Below are positions 38,281 through 45,181 of a stretch of DNA of 64,000 nucleotides, in pieces. The DNA lies in contig CAZXNT010000003.1 of the NCBI GenBank assembly GCA_964642155.1, positions 64,899 through 128,898 on the forward strand, read 5' to 3'. Every line of letters starts with the position of its first letter. The stretch's first letter is position 1. The position numbers were made by a program, and so were the translations under genes. Source of the stretch: an uncultured Candidatus Saccharibacteria bacterium. GTDB taxonomy: Bacteria > Patescibacteriota > Minisyncoccia > UBA6257 > UBA9933. Below the pieces are notes generated by a model that worked only from the letters and a program-made list of their open reading frames with translations, did no database searches and had not been told where the DNA came from.

Positions 38281-39285
38281 TTAGCTCGACAAAGAAACTT
38301 TTTGTAGGAAACTTTTGATTTGTACCACTAACTGATTTTCGCCGAGATACTTTTCTTGGCATTTGCCTCGCTTCTTCGTGCAACGATAGTAAGTGTAAAT
38401 ACCACCATTTCCTTTAGCGTATTGAGCAGTTATCGAACAACCACACGAGGCGCATTTCATTAGGCCAAGAAAAGCAAAATCATGTTTTCTGTCTGGTCGG
38501 ACTTTTCCGCGCTTTGTCATAACTTCCTGACATCTATCAAAAAGTTTCTTTGAAATTAATGGCTCGTGTTTTCCCTCAAAAATTTCCCCTTTGTATCTCA
38601 TTAACCCGATGTAAAAAGGATTTTGTAAGATATGCTGAATATTGCTCATTGAGATTTTGTTTCCGGCATTTGTCAGCAACTTCTTTTTCTCACACCAATT
38701 TGCGAGAGTGTTGAGAGGATATGCTCCGGTGGCGTACATCTCAAAAATCTTTTTCACTTTAGAGGATTTCTCGCTATCAACATCAATACCTCGCGTCTTG
38801 GGATTATTTGCATATCCCACCGGAGCCCAGCTTGGCCATACTCCATTTCGTATCTTTTGGCGTAGTCCTCGTTTCACATTCTCTCGTAAATTGTCTACAA
38901 AGTATTTACTCTGTCCAAAAGCAATGTTCAGCATAAATAATCCTTGTGGTGTTGGTTCAAACCAAAAAGTAGGAAATTTTAGAGAACGAATCAAGCCGCG
39001 ATCTACAAAATGGATAATCTTTCCGCCGTCCACACTATTGCGGGCCAACCTATCCGGATGCCATGAGATTATGCCGTCAGCTTTTCCTTTCTCAATCAAG
39101 GACAACATTTCTGCGAATTTAATTCGCCCGGGTTCTTTTGCGGTTTTGGCTTCCCGAAAGGAAGCAACGATTTCAAGTTTTTCTTTGGCGGCAAATTCTT
39201 TGAGCTCAACGAGTTGCGCTTCAATACTCAATACTTGGCGGTCATCTTCTTCTGTGCTTTTTCTCGCGTAGATAATATATTTCAT
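38281..39285 (-). CDS. large serine recombinase (resolvase/invertase catalytic + recombinase domain), N-terminal 334 aa
   Basis: MKYIIYARKSTEEDD...SIEAQ catalytic-serine motif, recombinase domain, zinc-ribbon CxxC...CxxC. Confidence 0.8.
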   Translation of the reverse strand: MKYIIYARKSTEEDDRQVLSIEAQLVELKEFAAKEKLEIVASFREAKTAKEPGRIKFAEMLSLIEKGKADGIISWHPDRLARNSVDGGKIIHFVDRGLIRSLKFPTFWFEPTPQGLFMLNIAFGQSKYFVDNLRENVKRGLRQKIRNGVWPSWAPVGYANNPKTRGIDVDSEKSSKVKKIFEMYATGAYPLNTLANWCEKKKLLTNAGNKISMSNIQHILQNPFYIGLMRYKGEIFEGKHEPLISKKLFDRCQEVMTKRGKVRPDRKHDFAFLGLMKCASCGCSITAQYAKGNGGIYTYYRCTKKRGKCQEKYLGENQLVVQIKSFLQKVSLSS

Positions 39286-39772
39286 AGTTTTGTTTGGTTA
39301 ATGATTAAAATTTTTCTTTTCTGCTTCTAACGGAATCGGGAATTTCTTTTTGCCCCGAAAACTCCGTACGATTTGGTCGCCGAGCGAAGCGAGGCGACAT
39401 CTGAATCTTTGACATTTCCAACGTGGTGCTCTATTCTTGAATTAGTCCGAACCGCTTTTGCCACCGCAGGCGGCGAGGAAGTCCCCCCGCGAAAATTCGG
39501 GAAGGCGGTGGAGCCGCACGAATCAAAACCGCAAAAGAACCCGTTAAAAACATCGGCTCGAACCATATTTTGTAGAAGCAGAAAAGAAAAATCTTCATAA
39601 GGAATTGGGACTAAGAGAACAGCGGAAACGCATTTTTTGTTTGAGCTTGACTTCCAACCTATAATATGCTATTCTTATTAGAATCAAAATTAATTAGGTA
39701 AGGGCCATTAAATTTGATATACCTGCCACGAGGGAATCGTGGAAATCTGTACTTTAAAAAGGAGGAAAAACC

Positions 39773-40291
39773 ATGTTTAACTTCATTAGGAGTATCTTCG
39801 GATACTACAAGGCGAAGTCCCTTGAGGAATTCGTCGAAGTCTTGGAAAGAGAAAGAAAGGATCGCGGAGTAGCAATAACAGTCAAACCGTACACAAAGTT
39901 TAAGGGGATTTGTATAAGTATAGACAACGCGAATGTCCAGCTTATGCTGAAATTCACGGGCATAATGTCTTGCGGTCGTAAGGTTGTCTACAAACGGCGT
40001 GGCGCCTTTTTGAAAACATCTCGAAACTCTCATTACAAACAAACCAAAGGCAAAGCCTATTTAAAAAACTTTATGATTGGCGAACAGAAAGTTATAGAGC
40101 TACGGGAAAAATTTCCCGGCGTGTCTGTGAACCTTATCTTCGAGAAGATGGAAGTAGAGTTCCATAGCGACAGATCTCTAAAAAGCTTTGGTTTTGCTGA
40201 ACAAGTTATGGACAGTAACTTGTTCAGCAAACTTCATAAGGAGGCGGCGGGATATGGCCTCTTTATCCACGATGTCTTAGAAGAAAACTGA
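39773..40291 (+). CDS. hypothetical protein carried inside IR-C-bounded segment
   Basis: Perfect SD AAAGGAGG 7 nt upstream of ATG, 172 aa. Confidence 0.5.
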   Translation: MFNFIRSIFGYYKAKSLEEFVEVLERERKDRGVAITVKPYTKFKGICISIDNANVQLMLKFTGIMSCGRKVVYKRRGAFLKTSRNSHYKQTKGKAYLKNFMIGEQKVIELREKFPGVSVNLIFEKMEVEFHSDRSLKSFGFAEQVMDSNLFSKLHKEAAGYGLFIHDVLEEN

Positions 40292-40569
40292 TGCCTCCCA
40301 TCATCTACCAGAGGGAATACGCTTACGCGATTCCCTCTTTTTATTTTTTATAATTTAAAAGAATAAAGAATTTGCCGCTAACCAATACATTTTTCAATAA
40401 TTTTTAAATTGAAAAATGTATTGAAATGAGTTATTATTAACTCATTAGAAAAACTTGAAATTGTCATTCGTGCGGCTCCACCGCCTTCCCGAATTTTCGC
40501 GGGGGGACTTCCTCGCCGCCTGCGGTGGCAAAAGCGGTTCGGACTAATTCAAGAATAGAGCACTTTCTC

Positions 40570-40641
40570 GCGCGCTTAGCTCAGTGGCAGAGCATCTCGT
40601 TTACACCGAGAGGGTCGGGGGTTCGATCCCCTCAGCGCGCA
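40570..40641 (+). tRNA. tRNA-Val (anticodon UAC)
   Basis: Acceptor GCGCGCT/AGCGCGC, anticodon stem TCTCG/CGAGA, loop TTTACAC, T-arm GGGGG-TTCGATC-CCCCT. CCA not encoded. Confidence 0.8.
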
Positions 40642-40664
40642 CAAAAAATATAAAAATAATTTAT

Positions 40665-41096
40665 TTAGCGGATTTTTTCCAATATCTTTTTAATCATTTC
40701 TTCCTGTTTTTCAAGATTTTCCAAAATCGTTTCTATTTCCTTTTCAGCTTTCAAATTTATTTCAAAATCGTTTTCTGCTCTCATTTCGGCGTGCCGTTCT
40801 TGAAGATTTTGGCTTATCATAATAAGCGGTAAAAAGAAAAGCTGAAGCATATTGGAAATAAAAAGCCAAAACACGAATGCTGGAAATGGGTCAAAACGCA
40901 ATTCCATCGGCGTAAAAATATTCCATAAAAACCAGAGAATTGTCCAAATTAAAATAATAAAGAAAAATCCGGTTGTGCCAATGCGGTCGGTAATCCAAAC
41001 CGCGAATTTTTCCGACGGCGTCAGACTTTTTTTATGATTGATATTAACATTCCGAATCGACTTTCTTTGTTTTTTTAATTCGGCTAAAGTACTCAT
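40665..41096 (-). CDS. DUF1003-family membrane protein
   Basis: FDPFPAF...LIMISQNLQ...RAENDFEINLKAE matches remembered DUF1003 core. Confidence 0.55.
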   Translation of the reverse strand: MSTLAELKKQRKSIRNVNINHKKSLTPSEKFAVWITDRIGTTGFFFIILIWTILWFLWNIFTPMELRFDPFPAFVFWLFISNMLQLFFLPLIMISQNLQERHAEMRAENDFEINLKAEKEIETILENLEKQEEMIKKILEKIR

Positions 41097-41174
41097 ATAG
41101 ATATTTTAATATTATACAGTTTGCTTGTAAATCCCCTTCTTGCTTTTAAGCTTTTAAGCTTTTAATATTTGAGA

Positions 41175-41261
41175 GGAGGGTTGGCTGAGTGGTCTAAAGC
41201 GCCGCACTCGAAATGCGGTTGGGGAGAAATCCCCTCAGGGGTTCAAATCCTCTACCCTCCG
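41175..41261 (+). tRNA. tRNA-Ser (anticodon CGA)
   Basis: Acceptor GGAGGGT/ACCCTCC, anticodon loop CTCGAAA, long variable arm GGGGA-gaaa-TCCCC. Confidence 0.8.
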
Positions 41262-41426
41262 CAATATTTTTCCGCTACCATTTTAATGGCGGCGGGAAAA
41301 TATATCAGAAATGTAAAGGATTTGAAGACCGCAGCGCAGCGCGAGTTATTGCCGTAGGCGATAAGCGAGCGCCGCGAGGGGCGGCCTGCGAAAAATTTCC
41401 GTCAGGAAATTTATTTGTAGGCAAAT

Positions 41427-41445
41427 CCTCTACCCTCCGCCAATT
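41427..41445 (+). repeat. direct duplicate of tRNA-Ser 3' end (AAATCCTCTACCCTCCGC)
   Basis: 19-nt identity to 41246-41261 region, about 165 nt downstream of the tRNA, separated by GC-rich DNA. Confidence 0.5.
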
Positions 41446-41580
41446 TTCAGAATTCCCCCCTCCTTATATCTTTGGCCGTCCTTGACCCTCCCGCTCATTC
41501 GCGGACGGCAGCAAGGAACCCCCTTATAGTTTAATATTGCTTTGTTTAAGCTAAAATTAGCTTTTTTTGCGACTCATCAT

Positions 41581-41615
41581 TTGACAGAACAGTTATTTTA
41601 TGCTAAAATTTATTA
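41581..41615 (+). promoter_or_regulatory. near-consensus sigma70 promoter (TTGACA-17-TGcTAAAAT)
   Basis: Perfect -35, 17-bp spacer, extended -10. Confidence 0.5.
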
Positions 41616-41786
41616 TTGATCTTTGAAAATTTAATTACGCTGCCTAATGAAGAGAATTTCAAATTTTACTTGGAATTTTGTTTGTTGGGCAGCAAACCAT
41701 CCTTTGGATGGTCAAATTTCCAAACCGACCTGGTGAAACTATGATGAAAGTCAAGTTATCAAAAACAGGCGGTATTAGGAGGATGT

Positions 41787-42227
41787 ATGAACAGCTTTAC
41801 TATCAGAACGAAAAAATGGAGTGGAAAAAGTACAGAAAAAAAAGACTTGGGAATCTTCGATATATACCAAGGCAGGCATGATAGGGATGAGGTCTGTGTC
41901 GAAGTAACCCTTTTGGGACATTTCATCCTTCCTGCTCATCGCGAAATAGGTATCTATTCCATCCCAGCAAATCTTGTTGTAAATTCTGCCGAGATAAGAG
42001 TACCTGTTCCCGTGGCCTGCGACACGACAGTGATGATAGGCGACTACATTGTCGCTGGGGCCGTCGGTACTGTTGTACTGGAAGATTTTTTAGCGAAGCG
42101 CTACAAAATTTTTATCCAGGCAAAACAGGAATATGCTGCCCACTATCTTTTACAGCAAATTCTCGGGGGAGAACTGCCTCCGACAATAAGTCTTGAAAAA
42201 CTACAGATAGCAGCAAAGGAGGAATAG
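41787..42227 (+). CDS. hypothetical protein (island cargo?)
   Basis: AGGAGG SD, strong promoter upstream, GC-richer composition. Confidence 0.5.
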   Translation: MNSFTIRTKKWSGKSTEKKDLGIFDIYQGRHDRDEVCVEVTLLGHFILPAHREIGIYSIPANLVVNSAEIRVPVPVACDTTVMIGDYIVAGAVGTVVLEDFLAKRYKIFIQAKQEYAAHYLLQQILGGELPPTISLEKLQIAAKEE

Positions 42228-42337
42228 GTCTTGCAGTAATTGTAATGGCCTCTCCCTTTTACGCGACCTTCTTAAGGAAAAAGGCAAGGGAAGGTTGGGA
42301 GGCAAGCTTCCAATAAAAGTCGTTTCTATATTATAAG

Positions 42338-42378
42338 CGGGTATGCCACCAACATGGCACACCCGCTTTCTTTTTTTA
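42338..42378 (+). terminator. rho-independent terminator
   Basis: GCGGGTaTGCCA-ccaaca-TGGCAcACCCGC then TTTCTTTTTTT. Confidence 0.55.
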
Positions 42379-42460
42379 AAATTGCATAAAAGTAGGCAAT
42401 ATGCTATATTTTATTTGAAAAGGATTAACTTTTTTAAATATTAATTAAATTATAAACAAT

Positions 42461-43222
42461 ATGTTTGATGAAAGAAAACTAATAAAAATAGAGACTGTGG
42501 ATGAAAAAGGACAAGGCGAATCTGGTTCATCGGTTTCCCGTCAAGCTATTTTAAAAAATTGGGACGAAATAAGGGATACGGCTAATAATGGATTAAATGT
42601 TACGGGAAGCTATAGCCCCGAAGAAGAATTGGAAGATCCCGAAAAATTAAAACACAATCGGTGGAATCGTGAGCAAAGAGTCCAATTGGTGGCTGACACC
42701 ACAACCGTTGTTCCTGAAAAGAGAGCAGAATTTGAAATTGATAACATTTGGGAACAGGTTCTGAGTGATATAAAAGCTTATCGGCAAAATGATATAAATA
42801 AATACGCAAGAATGGCATATGGTGTTAAAAAAATATGGCCTGAAAAATTTTCTGAAATAGACTTTAATGACGATGTTCGTGCTGAAATTAAAGAAAAAAT
42901 AAAAGAAGATCGGATAAATAGCACAAATTGGAGAGTTTGGCCAAATCTTTTAATAATTTCAAAAGAACTCTGCCCCGAAATAATTGAAAAAAATGAATTA
43001 GAAAAAGATCTTGAGGAATTAAGAAGTGTGCTTAAGGTTTGCTATAATACTAACTGGTCAAATTACCTCGATGCTTTGGTTAATTTGAAAATCATTGCCC
43101 CTGAAGAGGTAGCAAAATATTTGGATGAAAAAAGCAAAGAAAATATTAAAAAGATTGTTTCAGATGAAAAGTATAGATATTCGGAAAAAGCAGCTAAATT
43201 AAATATTGTTTCAGGAGAATAA
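42461..43222 (+). CDS. hypothetical protein
   Basis: 253-aa acidic ORF, no recognisable motif. Confidence 0.45.
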   Translation: MFDERKLIKIETVDEKGQGESGSSVSRQAILKNWDEIRDTANNGLNVTGSYSPEEELEDPEKLKHNRWNREQRVQLVADTTTVVPEKRAEFEIDNIWEQVLSDIKAYRQNDINKYARMAYGVKKIWPEKFSEIDFNDDVRAEIKEKIKEDRINSTNWRVWPNLLIISKELCPEIIEKNELEKDLEELRSVLKVCYNTNWSNYLDALVNLKIIAPEEVAKYLDEKSKENIKKIVSDEKYRYSEKAAKLNIVSGE

Positions 43223-43555
43223 AAAAATTGTGAAGGGAGATATAAAATGAAAAAATTTGCGCGCATGGGTGGGCTCAGAGCAAGCAAATTTTACTTTTGA
43301 ATAAATATAGCGTAGTCCTGCTTTCCGCCGTTCCGAATTCTCGGAACTCCAAAACAAAAAATTTTCTTTTCCTTTTTGAAAAAAATTTGGGGCGCGCGAC
43401 ATCAAAAAAATGTGGAGAAAATTTTTCTGTTTTGGACGCAATTCGCCGCGGCGAATTGCGGGCGGAAGCGGGCGGAGCGCTAAAAGTCGGAGTCCGGATT
43501 TTCCGCAAAAAAAGTTCGGATTTTAACCAAAAGGCACCGCCGCCAAAAATTAACA

Positions 43556-44272
43556 ATGTCTAATTTTGTAAAAATAATTAAAAAAGTGATGCCTGCCATA
43601 GTGTCTATTGTCGTTTCGGAAAATCTTAAAGAAATTCCGAAAAAACTTATTACTCCGGCAACGCGAAAGAAATTAAAAAAAATCGTTAATAACAACGGCG
43701 ATATTGAAGTTGGCGGCGGTTCGGGATTTATTATTGATAAATCCGGCCTTATCGCCACAAGTAAACACATTGTCGCCGACCCCAAAGCCGATTATACGGT
43801 AATAATAAATAATGGGAAAAAAATCAAGGCAAAAGTTATTTTTCGTTCCCCGCACAATGATATAGCTATTCTAAAAATTTTCAATTTTCATCCGCCAGCT
43901 GGCGGATCAATTTCTAATTTTCAAACACTTAAGCTTGGCAATTCCGATAAAGTCCAATTAGGCGAAAACGTTTTGGCATTTGGAAGTCCGCTTGGAAATT
44001 TCCCCAACACTGTTTCCGAGGGCATTATTTCAGGATTGCACAGGAAGATAAAAGCGGAAACCGACTTAAAACCCGGCGAAGATACTTTGAAAGAAATGAT
44101 TCAAACAGACGCGGCGATAAATCCGGGCAATTCCGGCGGCCCGCTGGTAAATATGAAAGGAGAAGCAATCGGCATTAATACCGTTGCCGTAATGAATGCG
44201 GAAAACATAAGCTTGGCAATTCCCATTAATCCGATAAAGGATATTTTAAAAACTAATAAACGTAATCGCTGA
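43556..44272 (+). CDS. trypsin-like serine protease (S1C/HtrA-like, no PDZ)
   Basis: Catalytic His (TSKHIV), Asp, and GNSGGPL serine motif. Confidence 0.8.
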   Translation: MSNFVKIIKKVMPAIVSIVVSENLKEIPKKLITPATRKKLKKIVNNNGDIEVGGGSGFIIDKSGLIATSKHIVADPKADYTVIINNGKKIKAKVIFRSPHNDIAILKIFNFHPPAGGSISNFQTLKLGNSDKVQLGENVLAFGSPLGNFPNTVSEGIISGLHRKIKAETDLKPGEDTLKEMIQTDAAINPGNSGGPLVNMKGEAIGINTVAVMNAENISLAIPINPIKDILKTNKRNR

Positions 44273-45176
44273 CCAATAAGCCATCATTGTCAAAAAGGTC
44301 TAAGCGATCGTGCTGGGAATCTAAAATATCGCTGTTCACCCACAATCTCCATTCACTGGACAAAAAATCTTTATCCTGAGAATATTTCTCAAAACAATTT
44401 CCGTATGTGCCGACCGTGTTTAAAAAAGCGCGGCAAACATTTCCTTCGCTGGTCCCCGTAAGAAGAGAATTGTAAAAAGTAACATCAACGGGCTTGCATC
44501 CTCCCAAAGAAAAAAGATATGTCTGGCATTGACCCGATAAATAAGCGACTTCATAACGCGACCTGTATACCATCGGACAGCTTTGCGGTAATAATGGATT
44601 AAAATTAAACGAGTTTTCCAAATATCCCATACATTTATTCAAGCGAAAATTTTTATTTATGGCGCTTGTAGTGCTATAAATATTGACGTAATTATTTGAC
44701 GATAAAATTACGTTTTTTTCTTCATTTGTTCCCGATGGTTTATAAATTTCCACCGCTTTGGGAATAATAAATTCATAACGGTTGCTTTTTAACCGCCAAC
44801 CGGTGATATTAATCGGCGAATCGCCACTTTCCAAACGTGAATAAAGCCTGATTGTTGAAGGTTTATTATATCCCGTACTGAATGACGCCGAAGCAATTCT
44901 TATTTTTTCAAAAAAGGGAGAAAGTTGCTCTCGGCTAAACCCTGATGGAATTCTTGAATTAGAAATCTCTGTTTTTTTAGAAGATATTGTGGCAGAAACT
45001 TGCGGTTGCGTTGAGGGCGCGGTCTTAATTGTCGCTTTTTGCGCCGAGGAAACAATTTTTTCGGTTGACGTCGCATTAAGGCCTTTCTTTAAATCATAAT
45101 CTTTAAAAAATTTAGGCGCGGTAATAACAAAGAATATAATTCCGCCGACAATTACTATAAATAAAATTATTTTCAT
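44253..45176 (-). CDS. secreted/membrane-anchored Cys-containing hypothetical protein
   Basis: N-terminal TM, 307 aa. Confidence 0.45.
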   Translation of the reverse strand: MKIILFIVIVGGIIFFVITAPKFFKDYDLKKGLNATSTEKIVSSAQKATIKTAPSTQPQVSATISSKKTEISNSRIPSGFSREQLSPFFEKIRIASASFSTGYNKPSTIRLYSRLESGDSPINITGWRLKSNRYEFIIPKAVEIYKPSGTNEEKNVILSSNNYVNIYSTTSAINKNFRLNKCMGYLENSFNFNPLLPQSCPMVYRSRYEVAYLSGQCQTYLFSLGGCKPVDVTFYNSLLTGTSEGNVCRAFLNTVGTYGNCFEKYSQDKDFLSSEWRLWVNSDILDSQHDRLDLFDNDGLLVSDYVY

Positions 45177-45181
45177 ATTGT

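Larger units (their letters stand above)
37822..40563. mobile_element. tRNA-flanked serine-recombinase cassette with nested long inverted repeats (candidate invertible/mobile element)
   Basis: IR-A 37822-37914 vs 39331-39423 (93 bp, 1 mismatch). IR-B 37916-37941 vs 39546-39571 (26 bp). IR-C 39426-39521 vs 40468-40563 (96 bp, perfect). Bounded by tRNA-Ile and tRNA-Val. Confidence 0.6.

Noticed and set aside
39327-39600. ORFs 39327..39566 (-) and 39373..39600 (+)
   Set aside because: They lie entirely within IR-A and IR-C repeat copies. Their 'VAERSEATSESLTFPTWC' segments are just the repeat read in frame.
41678-41881. 67-aa ORF overlapping the start of 41787..42227
   Set aside because: It overlaps the promoter, SD and start of the better-supported gene in another frame.
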